Below, piece after piece: positions 1-11,000 of a stretch of DNA of 64,000 bases; the stretch's first letter is position 1, and every line of letters begins with the position of its first letter. A program made the translations under genes and the position numbers. The notes beneath the pieces are model-generated. The model ran no database searches. It was not told the DNA's origin and saw nothing but the letters and a program-made list of their open reading frames with translations. The stretch comes from an uncultured Candidatus Saccharibacteria bacterium. GTDB taxonomy: Bacteria > Patescibacteriota > Saccharimonadia > Saccharimonadales > JAGQMS01. The stretch covers positions 9,363-73,362 of the forward strand of contig CAZKOX010000001.1 of the NCBI GenBank assembly GCA_964554485.1. Reading direction: 5' to 3'.

Positions 1-608
1 AGGTGAACAACAACAATTTTGGGTGCTAATTTTCCTGCAGCTTCGAGTTTTCTCATAACTGAAGATACTGATAGACCATGATAGCCAAAGCGCTTAATAT
101 CAAAGTTTTCAGCGTCTTTAAGCGAGATGCCGTAGTATTTTGAATAATCTGGACGGTTTGCATGAAAGGCGCTGTCTGATGCGCCGAAGATCTGTACGCC
201 TGCAAATTGTTTTCTTAAACTTTCTAGTTCTTCAAGACATGCAGTTACGTGGATAGGCGCAAGACTAATCGCGTTTTCAAGCCGTTTTTGGTATTCATCG
301 TCTATTCGCCGATGTTGCAAAAAATAGCTACCAGGCGCTACTACTCGAAGGCCAATAGCGCTAATCGTTTCTTCGGGCCTTAGAAGTTCGGCGGAACGCA
401 AAATTTGTAATACTTTTGATGACGCCTCCGATAAACTAGCGATATCGGCAAAAACAGATGTTTTAGAGGGAGATGGTGACAGGGTGTATTCTAGTTCTTT
501 ATTGATCCATTCAAAATGTACTTCAGCGCGAAGATTCTCGCCTTCATAAAGTGCATATTTTCGGCTGGCGCTTCCTGGGTTAGCAATAAGAACTAGCGAG
601 CCGTCCAT
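1..608 (-). CDS. ackA: acetate kinase (N-terminal part; 3' end runs off window)
   Basis: Reverse-strand translation from ATG at 608: MDGSLVLIANPGSASRKYALYEGENL...KIVVH, matching the acetate/propionate kinase N-terminal ATP-binding signature. Lies directly downstream of phosphoketolase, the classic xfp-ackA pairing. Confidence 0.75.
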   Translation of the reverse strand, partial: MDGSLVLIANPGSASRKYALYEGENLRAEVHFEWINKELEYTLSPSPSKTSVFADIASLSEASSKVLQILRSAELLRPEETISAIGLRVVAPGSYFLQHRRIDDEYQKRLENAISLAPIHVTACLEELESLRKQFAGVQIFGASDSAFHANRPDYSKYYGISLKDAENFDIKRFGYHGLSVSSVMRKLEAAGKLAPKIVVVH

Positions 609-2938
609 GTCCACTCCTCAATTTCCGGTAAGTCAACGCCATGGCGCTTGATGTACTCGGTGTTTTCGTCGATTTTTTGCTTATATTTTGTTGCAATATG
701 TTCAGCTTCGGAATATGGTAAAACCTCGAGTTTTCCTAGTTTTTCGAAAATTGCTATTACGAGATCGTAGCGGCTTGTATGGTTACGGACATGCATGTCA
801 AATGGTGTAGTGGTGCTACCGTTTTCAATATAGCCGCGCACGTCAAAACGCTGTGGATCGTGCGTGTAGTTAAATAGTAGCGCCTTGACTGTCTCTGGAT
901 ATCCGTGAAAGTTGCAGATAACAGGCTTGTCTTTAGTGAACTGATCTTCAAAGCCAACTTGAGTAACACACAAACCACCTCTTCCAAAACCGCAGCTGGT
1001 AAGCGAGCTAATGTTGACGCATCGGATCTTAACTTCTGGCCACTCCTTTTTTGCAAGATCAATGGCCGCCATAACTTCCTTCATTGGATAGTCACCGGCT
1101 GCCGCAAGGACGATATCTGGGTTGGGGTCGGAGGCAAAATGCCAGGTCATTAGTCCACTCTCAACCTGTTGCTTGGCGAGCTTTGGAGTAAGCCAGCGTG
1201 GCTCTTGAGTCTTCCCAGCCACCATAATATTGATTTGCCGAGTCGTTTTGAGTATGTGGTCAAGAGTTGCTAATGTTGTGTTGCCGTCCGGAGGAAAGAA
1301 GACATCAACAAAATCTCCCTGGCGCTGCAATGCGTCATCAATAAAACCGGGGTTTTGATGACTAAATCCATTGTGGTCTTGCCGCCAGCCAGAACTGGTT
1401 AAGACGTAATTAAGTGAAGGAATGGTGCCGCGCCAAGCTACTTCCCGCGATTGATTTAGGAACTTCGCATACTGGTCCATCATGCTAACTATGACTTGTA
1501 TGAAAGCCTCATAGCTGGCGAAAATACCGTGTCGTCCAGTCATGATATAACCCTGAATCAAACCCTGAAGATTGTGTTCGCTAAGCATTTCCATAACCCT
1601 GCCGTTTGGCGACAGGTCTTTGTCCCAATCTTCGATCGGCCACTGCCAGGCGCGCTTGGTTTCTTCAAAAACGGCGTCAAGTTTATTTGAATAAGTCTCG
1701 TCCGGGGACATTAATCTAAAATTATTATTTTCTTCATTGAGTTTAAAGACTTCTTTTAAGTATAGTCCGGTACGGCGCATACTACTACTGCCGATTGTAC
1801 CGGGGATTGTGGCGTCTTCAGCAAATTTATCAGCTTCAGGTAAAACCAGTGGTTTATATACTGGATCTCCACCAAGGGCGTGTTTACTCATTCCAAGACA
1901 TTTGTGTGGGTCGCTTGGAATAATATCTTTCACAAACTCACCAAATCCTGTTTTCTCATCAAATAGTTCGTCGAATTTGTAACTTCTTAACCAGTCGTTT
2001 AAAAGCTGAAGCTGTTTCTTGTCGGTTTTTGCCTCTGTCAAAACTACTTGATGGCTCAAGCAATTTCCTTCAACTTTTTGGCCGTCTAGTTCTTTTACGC
2101 CGGTCCAGCCTTTTAGCGTACGCATGATAATCATCGGAGACTGTGTCGACGGCTTATGGCTGCCGGTTTTGATTTTTTTAATTAGCTGATGTGCTTTTTC
2201 AAGAGCGTCAGACATTTTTTTATGTGGGTTTTCGCCAACTGTCGTATCAACCAAGATCGGATGGTAGCCGTAGCCACTAAAAAGCGCCATTAATTCGTAA
2301 TTACTCATTCTCCCAAAAATTGTTGGGGCAGAGATCTTGTAACCATTAAGATGAAGAATCGGCAGTACAGTACCGTCAGTTTTTGGGTTAACTAATTTGT
2401 TTAGGTGCCAAGCACCGGCGGTCGGACCGGTCTCGGCTTCACCATCACCAACCAAGCAAGCTACTAGCAGCTCTGGGTTATCAAGAGCCGCACCATAAGA
2501 AGTAGATAAGGAGTATCCAAGTTCACCGCCTTCTAAGATAACTCCTGGTGTACCCGGGTTGCTGTGACTCGGGAATCCGTAAGGCCAACTAAACTGCCGG
2601 CACATATATTCGATACCATCGAGAGTCTGGGGAGTTTCCGGATAAAATCGTCCCAACGTACCTTCTATGAACAAGTTAGCTTGAAGGGCAGGGAACGCGT
2701 GGCCCGGGCCCAACACGAATAACATTTCTTGGTCATAAAATTTCGCCAATCGACTTAGGTGGGCGTAAGCAAAGTTTACGCCAGGCCCGCTACCCCAGTG
2801 CCCTAAAAGACGGGGCTTAATATCATCGAAAGTGTGGTCGCGCTGGCTCAAGAAGTTATTTTGCAAAAATATTTGAGCAGCGGTCAGGTAGTTAGCTGCT
2901 CGTAGGTATTTGTCTATACTTGAAAAGTCGTCGTTCAT
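593..2938 (-). CDS. xfp: xylulose-5-phosphate/fructose-6-phosphate phosphoketolase
   Basis: 781 aa with XFP family hallmarks (GHWGSGPG, EGGELGYSLS, GDGEAETGP thiamine-diphosphate region). Stop overlaps the ackA start by 16 nt. Confidence 0.9.
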   Translation of the reverse strand: MNDDFSSIDKYLRAANYLTAAQIFLQNNFLSQRDHTFDDIKPRLLGHWGSGPGVNFAYAHLSRLAKFYDQEMLFVLGPGHAFPALQANLFIEGTLGRFYPETPQTLDGIEYMCRQFSWPYGFPSHSNPGTPGVILEGGELGYSLSTSYGAALDNPELLVACLVGDGEAETGPTAGAWHLNKLVNPKTDGTVLPILHLNGYKISAPTIFGRMSNYELMALFSGYGYHPILVDTTVGENPHKKMSDALEKAHQLIKKIKTGSHKPSTQSPMIIMRTLKGWTGVKELDGQKVEGNCLSHQVVLTEAKTDKKQLQLLNDWLRSYKFDELFDEKTGFGEFVKDIIPSDPHKCLGMSKHALGGDPVYKPLVLPEADKFAEDATIPGTIGSSSMRRTGLYLKEVFKLNEENNNFRLMSPDETYSNKLDAVFEETKRAWQWPIEDWDKDLSPNGRVMEMLSEHNLQGLIQGYIMTGRHGIFASYEAFIQVIVSMMDQYAKFLNQSREVAWRGTIPSLNYVLTSSGWRQDHNGFSHQNPGFIDDALQRQGDFVDVFFPPDGNTTLATLDHILKTTRQINIMVAGKTQEPRWLTPKLAKQQVESGLMTWHFASDPNPDIVLAAAGDYPMKEVMAAIDLAKKEWPEVKIRCVNISSLTSCGFGRGGLCVTQVGFEDQFTKDKPVICNFHGYPETVKALLFNYTHDPQRFDVRGYIENGSTTTPFDMHVRNHTSRYDLVIAIFEKLGKLEVLPYSEAEHIATKYKQKIDENTEYIKRHGVDLPEIEEWTWTAR

Positions 2939-2993
2939 AACTCTTATGTTAATTGTATCTTTTATGTTTAGTAATATCTAACTTATATATTTG

Positions 2994-4232
2994 TTATTCT
3001 CGTCGCAACGCATCGATAGGGTTAATTTTAGCTGCTCTTCTGGCTGGCAGGAATACTACGGATAGACCGACCAGAATCATGAATAACACCAACCCAACAA
3101 TTAACCAAACCGGGGTAGCAAAGAGATCGAATGACTCATTGACACCTCTTTGACTAGCGAAACGATAAAGGATTACATTAACTATGGCTCCACCTCCAAC
3201 CGCCAGTACTATTCCAAATATTGATCCAACCAAGGAAAGAAGTATTGCCTCAAAAATAAATAGTCGTTTGACATCTCGGTTTCGTGCGCCCAAGGCCATC
3301 ATAAGGCCAATTTCTTTTGTTCTTTCAAGCAAAGAGACGGTTAGGGTGTTAAACATTCCCAATACAGCAACGATCATTCCGATGGCTCCAAAACCGAATA
3401 GTACGTAGTTAAATACCTTAAAAATTTGATTAATCTGGTCAACTGTGTCGGCAGGAGAAGTTGTAAGCAAACCAAGACTCTCAATTTGCTTACGAAGAGG
3501 GAGGACATTTTCTGTGTGATCAACAACTAGTTTCATTTGAGAATATGAGGTAACTCCGGCATTTTCAAATATATAGTTTGGAATAAAAACTTCACTTCCT
3601 GAACCGGAATCGACAATGCCGACAATAGTATAGGTGTCCTCTATCTCCTTAACTTCAGAGGTGGTTTTATCTTTAAGGGGAATAAGTAGGGATATTTTCT
3701 TGTTTATTAAATTGGTTTTTTCGTCTCCGCCGATAGCTTTAATGACAGAGTGGTTTATGACAGCAACTTTTGCGTCATTATCGCTCATACCCCGTCCTTT
3801 GACGAAATTTAGATTAGCTAGATCTTGATAATTCTTATCATATCCATATACGACGCTATCTATCTCGCTACTGTTGATCTTGAGGCTACCAGGGAAAGAG
3901 AATGATGAACCTATTGTTTGAACATGCGGAAGATTTTTTATCTTTTCCTTCATGCCGCTAGTCAACTTAACCACTTTTGAGTTTGGACTAGTAATGTCAA
4001 TAGATTTTATAGATTGGTTGCCGATAATTTCTTCTGTAACAAGATTTCGAACACCTATGCCGAATGATAGTAAGAAGAATATTGCTCCAATTCCAATAGT
4101 AATTCCAAAAACAGTTAAGAATGTGCGAAGTTTTTTTGAAACTAAGTTCTTCCAGGCAACATGAAGCAGTATTTTTATATTTATCCTGCGGCGCTTACGA
4201 AGCATTTTTGTTACTACATCAGATTTTTCCAT
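2994..4232 (-). CDS. ABC transporter permease, MacB/FtsX-like (N-terminal TM, large extracytoplasmic domain, C-terminal 3-TM FtsX domain)
   Basis: 412 aa; an N-terminal TM helix then a roughly 230-aa soluble domain, then the FtsX-type membrane domain (ALGARNRDVKRLFIFEAILLSLVGS...). Overlaps the upstream ATPase gene by 14 nt. Confidence 0.8.
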   Translation of the reverse strand: MEKSDVVTKMLRKRRRINIKILLHVAWKNLVSKKLRTFLTVFGITIGIGAIFFLLSFGIGVRNLVTEEIIGNQSIKSIDITSPNSKVVKLTSGMKEKIKNLPHVQTIGSSFSFPGSLKINSSEIDSVVYGYDKNYQDLANLNFVKGRGMSDNDAKVAVINHSVIKAIGGDEKTNLINKKISLLIPLKDKTTSEVKEIEDTYTIVGIVDSGSGSEVFIPNYIFENAGVTSYSQMKLVVDHTENVLPLRKQIESLGLLTTSPADTVDQINQIFKVFNYVLFGFGAIGMIVAVLGMFNTLTVSLLERTKEIGLMMALGARNRDVKRLFIFEAILLSLVGSIFGIVLAVGGGAIVNVILYRFASQRGVNESFDLFATPVWLIVGLVLFMILVGLSVVFLPARRAAKINPIDALRRE

Positions 4233-5085
4233 GACTACCTCCTAGTAGATTTTCTGCAGCTTGATCTACGGTCGGCGGAGGCGTTAACGTAGCTGGCGCA
4301 GGAGATCTCTTAGCTGAGAAACGATCAATTCGGGATTTCATATCTTGCATTAGTTTATCTGTTGTTGTGGAAATCGAGTCGCTTACCATCTCCTTAACAT
4401 ATCCATCTTCGATATGGATAAGGTGATCGGCGAGTGGAAGATACTCCATGTTATGCGTAACAAGTATGATTGTTCTTTTAGAATCAGTCTGAGTTGAACG
4501 AAGTAGTTCCATGATTTTGTCGCCACTTTTACTATCAAGGCTGCCCGTCGGCTCGTCGGCGATAATAAACATAGGCCTATTAACAATGGCTCTAGCCATC
4601 GCTACTCTTTGTTGCTCACCCCCGGATAGAAGTATTGGATACTTTTTGGAGTAACTCTGCATTCCAACTTGCTCCAAGGCACGATAGGCTGCTTCTGCGG
4701 CCTTAGCCTTTGTGTACCCAAGAAAATATAGTGGCATCGAAACGTTCTCTATTACGCTTAAACTCTTTACCCAAAAGTTTTGCTGATAAACGATGCCTAT
4801 TTCGTTTGCTCGGAAATGTGCAAGGCGATCTGGCGAAAAGTTATATATGTCGCTCTGATCAAATAATATTTCTCCATTAGTTGGCCTGAGCAGTCCAGTT
4901 AGAATATTAAGCAGAGTTGACTTACCTGATCCTGAGGGACCGTAGATAATATTGAATGTGTTTTCTCTAATTTCGAAACTTACATCTTTCAAGACATCAA
5001 AGGTTTCGTCGCTGACTCTAAAGCTTTGATTGACCCCAGTTGCCTTAATAATTACTCTTTTACTATTATCCATTTTATAGTCCAA
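4219..5085 (-). CDS. ABC transporter ATP-binding protein (MacB/LolD-type) with about 60-aa C-terminal extension
   Basis: Walker A GPSGSGKST, ABC signature LSGGEQQRVAMARA, Walker B IIADEPTGSLD. Start overlaps the giant protein stop by 11 nt. Confidence 0.9.
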   Translation of the reverse strand: MDYKMDNSKRVIIKATGVNQSFRVSDETFDVLKDVSFEIRENTFNIIYGPSGSGKSTLLNILTGLLRPTNGEILFDQSDIYNFSPDRLAHFRANEIGIVYQQNFWVKSLSVIENVSMPLYFLGYTKAKAAEAAYRALEQVGMQSYSKKYPILLSGGEQQRVAMARAIVNRPMFIIADEPTGSLDSKSGDKIMELLRSTQTDSKRTIILVTHNMEYLPLADHLIHIEDGYVKEMVSDSISTTTDKLMQDMKSRIDRFSAKRSPAPATLTPPPTVDQAAENLLGGSHGKI

Positions 5086-8000
5086 AAACTTGCTTTAAGG
5101 TATTGAGAATTATTGTTAACACGCTATCTGATGCTCGTCCGACAATCGCAGATTCTGTTGCACCTAGCCCGGTATTTCCGGCCCTGTCTTTAGAGATTGG
5201 AATTAAACTATAAACACGAGATGTAGGTAGGTCGGAAACAATCACGATGTGTTCAGTGGTTAGTTGAGTGTCCTCGGCGGTTTTGTTGTTGTAATTAGCT
5301 GCATTAGATCCTTCAGCATAGCCAACCTGGCTTGTTGCTGGTTCGTCGGTTTTCCATGAAACAACTACCTGGCCTCTTGCTTCCGCGCCAGTTCCACGAA
5401 TTGCGGATTCAATACTTATCTCTGACACTTTTGGCGGTCTTGTGTCTAGGGCTGTATGAAATTGTTGCCTATCAGAGACTGCAATATTTCCACCTTCATC
5501 TCTAGACTGAGCGACTAAGAAGTACTCGCTGTCGTCTTCAAGGTTACGAATTATTATTTCGTGATCAGTAACCAGATCAAGTACTTGTGCTTCCGTTCCA
5601 CTAGTTCCAACTTTCCCGTATGTAACTAAAGAATTGGCAGGCACGTTTGTTGTCCATGTAACAGTTTGGGTACTGGTTGGTTCGCCGATTATTGGCTGGA
5701 AACGGAGATCAGTTATTCGTGGACGCTGTGGTGTAGTAAACGAGAATACGCTACTTTCGTATGATGAGTTTTCATTATCAAATGTCAAAAGCTTGTAGAA
5801 ATATTTTGTACCATCATCAAGACCTTCAAGCTCGATTGAATAGGTAGATTCAGACAGAGAAGTATTAACTGTTGTGATCCCGCCGTAGTTTTCTCCTTTT
5901 CCGTAAAGTATAGACACCTTGGTTGCCTCTTTAGACGTAAAGGTAATTGCGGCTGTTGTTAAGCCGACGCGGCTAACTGTAATTTCTTTTAAGGACGGGG
6001 CAGGCGATGTGGTGAAGCTAAACTCTTGGCTCGTTCCAGTATTACCATCTTCATCAGTCCACTTTGCTATAGCATAGTAGGTTGTACCAGCACTTAAATT
6101 ATCTAGCTCAATTTCGTGAGCACTTACCTGGGCTGATATTGCTACTTCGGAAGGACTGTATTCACCACTAGCAGTGCCAAGCGCGATTTTTGAATCACTA
6201 GCTCTGTCCGTGCTCCATGAAACAGTAGCGCGTTTTGTGGTGATATTGCTAACTTCTGGGTTAGCGACCAAGGTAGCAGGTGAGGTGAATTTTCCGGTCG
6301 GAACTTCATTTACGACCGAACTATTTGCTCCGCAGTTATTTGTACTGTCGCAAGCTCGAAGGCGGTAGTAGTATCTCTGCTGGGCTAAGCCGGCGTCGAT
6401 ATATGTTGTACTTGAGCTACTGCCTACCTGTGAAAAAGTAGCATTATCGGTTGATCTATAAACCTTATATGAAGAGATTCCTGCCCCAACATCTGCTGGC
6501 TCGTTCCAGGTTATCGCAAGCCGCCAATTGTTAGTTGCCTTAATTGACACATCAACAATGTCGAGGTTTTCCGATATTCCAGGTGAAGGTGTGTTGGCGG
6601 TGAATACGGCAGTTCCGTAGTTGTCGTAGTTGATATTGCTAGACTCGTCTCTAGCGACCACATATATAGTATTTTCACCTGGTTGTGTCGCATAAGGACC
6701 AGCGCCTAGTGCCGTTACTCCAGCTGATGTGAAATTACAATTTATAGATGTTGGTATGGCATTTATCGTGTAACAGTACGTCAGGTTATTTACATCTCCA
6801 ACAAAAGTCGCAGGTGCGTCCCAGTCAAAAGCGAAAGAGTTTGTTACATTACTGGAAGGAGAGGCGATAATATTCAAAGGTTCTGAAGGAGCGCCACTAG
6901 TATTAATCTTAAGAGCAGCGGTTGCATAAGTACTGCTAACATTACCGGCATTATCCCAGGTCCTGAAGTAGACAGTATTTATACCCTCCTCTAAATCTAC
7001 AAAGTCTGGTGTGGGTATTGTGGTGTAACTACCGTCGTTGGCGAGTACGTCGTTTGAGTCACCGGTTCCTGTATGCGAGTCTCCGTACCAATTACCTGCA
7101 CCTATACGGTATTGCAGACCAACTAATCCGGAATTTATATCGCTCGGAGAACTAATTCCAGTGGTAGGCCAAGTTAAAGTAACCTCCTTAGAATTAATAA
7201 ACCCAGAAGGTGCGGTTATGTAAGCCGGGTTGGTTGGTGCGGTGTTATCGAACTTAAATGTGAACTGCTCGGTCGTATTGCTTATGTTTCCGGCGTTGTC
7301 GATGGCTTTGGCGAGTAAATAATAATTAGAATTGGAAGTGCTAAGAGGTGTAGCGATATATCCAGCGGTTGCGGTGTCTATGTTGTTGGTAGATATCATA
7401 AATTGGCAGTGGCCACCGGTTTCTACGGGACTTGTGCCAAGTAAACCTTTTGTAGTAACTGGGTCGGCAGTATCATCTGTCCCAAGATATAAACAATATC
7501 CTTTTATTCCGGATTCGCTATCAACCCCGGCTGTCCAGCTGAAATATGGCGATAGCCCATTAGACCAGGCGCCACTATTCAAGACACTACCTCCGTTAGC
7601 TTTTAGTGCAGCGATACTTGTGGCGTTTGCCGAAGGGTCAATAATATCTGAAGTTGCGGTTGCAGTAACACCATTTAAAGTAACTCTTTGGCTGCCGTCG
7701 CCCTGAAGTATCGCCTCCCATCGTAAACCATTGAACGTAACGGGGAAGCTGCTAATGTTGGTACTAATAGTTGTCTTGTTGTTTGCTTCAGCTATTGATC
7801 CGGATGTTTCCCAACTGTCGCCGTCCCAGTACTTCCATGTTGCGCCGTCATCGGACGAAAGGCGATACAGGATAGTTCCTCCATTTAGGGTTTCGTCAGC
7901 GTCAAAACTATCCCAGTGCCATACACCACTTTGTCGAACAGGTTCATTAAGTGAAATGCTCAAGGCGGCGTTGCTGTATGGTTTAGTGTTAAATGACGAC

Positions 8001-11000
8001 CTATTAATATTAGATATCCGAATCTCATCTAAACTACCTTCGAAGAAACCCTGAGAACGTCCATTATCAAACCCGCCATAAGATTTGCCGATTAATAAAT
8101 CCTGGTCACCGTCAGGAATAGTTAAGCTAGTATTATGAGTGCCAACGCTATTACCATCGATTAATATTTCCATGGTGGTGCCATTGTAGCGTCCTGCTAT
8201 GTGGTGCCAATTAGTATCTTGAGTGCTGGTTGAAGACTGAATAAAACCGTTATTACCGTAAGACCAAATCATGGCGTCGCCATTTGCAGTGTTCCCGGTG
8301 CTTGCGTATAACTTGCCTTGATAAACAACCATCGTTGTAACTTCTTCAATTGTGGTGTCTAGCCAGCTATCATTAAAACCATCGCCACCCACTTGCGCCC
8401 AGGATGTCCCGTTATATCTCCATACTTCACCGTCTCCAGTACTTAAACCGAGGCCGGCGTACAAGTCACCGTTATATGTAGCCATTGAACGAACGCGGTC
8501 GTAGTTATTAGAATCTAGCCAGCCCATATTGTCGCTGCCATTGCTGTCGCCGCCAATTTGCTCCCAGACTGGACTGCCGCTATCACAGTCTGAGCACGCC
8601 CAGACTTCGGCATCGTTGTTTGGAGTACCGGTACCAGATAACCCTAGTCCTACAACTAGCTTGTCGTTCCATACAACCAGAGACTGAATGTCCTCATATT
8701 TTGTGTTTGCCCAGCTGCTGTTTATGGCATCTCCTCCGACTTTTGTCCAAGTCGTACCGCTACCACTATACCGCCAGACCTCTGCTAATCCTGCAGCATT
8801 TGCACCTAGCCCAACATAAAGCGAACCCCTGTATGTTGCCATCGAACTGATGGTTGTATAGCTAGCTGTGCCCCAGTTGCCGGAAGCCGTTCCACCGATT
8901 GCTGCGCCACCCCAGTTAGGGCTCCCGCCGTCACATCCGGTGCATTCCCAGACTTCGCCATCTCCAGCACTTGATCCGAGGCCGGCGTATAATTTTCCAT
9001 TAGCAACACCAAGAGAGTAAACATATTCATAAGTCGTACTCCATGAACTGCCGACGGACGGGCTGCCGTCTGCAACCTTTGTCCAGCCTGGATTATCAAA
9101 TCTCCAAACTTCTGCTTCCCCGGCAGTACTTCCTAAACCGACGTATAATTTATTTTTATAATTTACCATCGACCATACTGCTTCATATGTATCGATAGCC
9201 CAACTGGAATCTATGCCTTGTCCACCAACAACCGACCAGAATCCAGTTGAAGGATCAAGCTCCCAGACAGTCGCATCCCCGGCAGTATTATTTCCAGTGC
9301 CGACATACATTTTGCCTCCGGCTGTAGTCGAAGATTCGATACTATCAATATTGTATTGACCCCAGCTTTTATTGACATATTTTCCACCTATACGATTTCC
9401 ACCCCAAGTTGGTGAACCGCCGTTGCAGTTCGTGCACTGCCAAAAATATGCTTCAGTCGTGTTAGTTAAGCCAGCATATACTGTTGTGTCATCTACAACA
9501 AGTGCTCGAATGCTATTATGCGTTGCATTCCAGCCGCTGTTCACATTGTCACCGCCAACTTTTGTCCAAGAACCGTCATATCGCCATACTTCGTCGTCGC
9601 CGTTTGCTGAGTTTCCTGTACCAACATACAGAGTTGAACCGTTATTGGTAATGCTAAAGATACCTTCTTTATCTACTCCAAAGTTCGCCGAACTTCCTAA
9701 TTTTGTCCAACCACTTCCAGTAGGCGTGCAGTTAATGGTGACATCACAAGACCATATTTCGGCATCGGTATTGGCGGTAATACCTGTACCAACATAAATT
9801 GTATTTCCGTTAGATGCCATCGACAAAACATACTCAGCGACAGACCCCCAACTTTGACCGCCGGCTCCAGAGCCATCACCTCCTCGCTTAGTCCAAGATG
9901 CAGAACCCGGAGTGGTGCAACTGGCGGTGCAATGCCATACTTCTGCATCACCAGCCGTAGAGCCAAGTCCTACCACTGGATTACCACCGACAACGGTCAT
10001 TGCATAAACAACTTCATAACCCGCACCCCAGCCACGAGCGCCACCGGTAGCGTTGTAGCCACCAACACGGCTACTTCCCCAGCTAGGGCTAGTCTCACAG
10101 TTAGTGCACGCCCACACTTCTCCCATATTTGCGCCTGTTCCTAGACCAGCAAATAGTGTCGTTCCGCTTACAGCTAACGAATAGACTCCATTAAAAGCAT
10201 TGCCAGCCCATCCACTATTAAGTCCGTCACCGCCAATTTTAGTCCAGGAACCAGACTTAAATCTCCAAACATCTCCGTCGTTAGTACCTGTTCCCAGACC
10301 GGCATAGAGAACATCTGTGCCGTTAGTCGCTAGGGACAATACTGCCTCGTAGGCATTGGTGCTAATCTCATTATTCCAACTGGAAAAAATACCATCTCCG
10401 GCTACTTGAGCCCACAACCCCAAAGAGGTGTCATATTCCCATATCTCAGCGTCATTAGTGCTGCCACCAAGGGCGGCATATATCTTTGACCCCATCTTTA
10501 CAGATGCGTAGGCGGTTTGTTTTCCATTTTGGTCCCAGCTGCGGTTTACCTTAGCTCCATTATTGGCCAACATGTTATATCCGGCCTGTTGTGTCCAACC
10601 CGTTGATCCTGAATTCTCTAATTCATAAGTAACTTTTCCAGTTTCATTATCGTAGTAGAGCTGGTATTCACCCTTATCTAAGATAGTCTGCCTATATTGT
10701 GAGCTTCCAGCGCTAAAGTTGCTGTCAAATTTTGTCCAACCTTCTAGGGTATTACTTGCTGTGAGCGAAAGCGATGCTGAGTCTGGCGAGATAGCATACT
10801 GAGAAGTGCCGTCTAGGGATAGGCTGTTATTTAAATTACCGGTTGCCCAGATTGGTGTATTGTTTGTGATGGCGTCATTATTGTTTGCAGAAGAATCATC
10901 TGCTGTCGTTCCGCCAAGTTCGTCAAGGTGGAATAGGGCCATGGTGTTAGCGTCGCTTGTGTAGTTCTGGGCTTTCATGCGCACGCTACTACCGCTTGTC

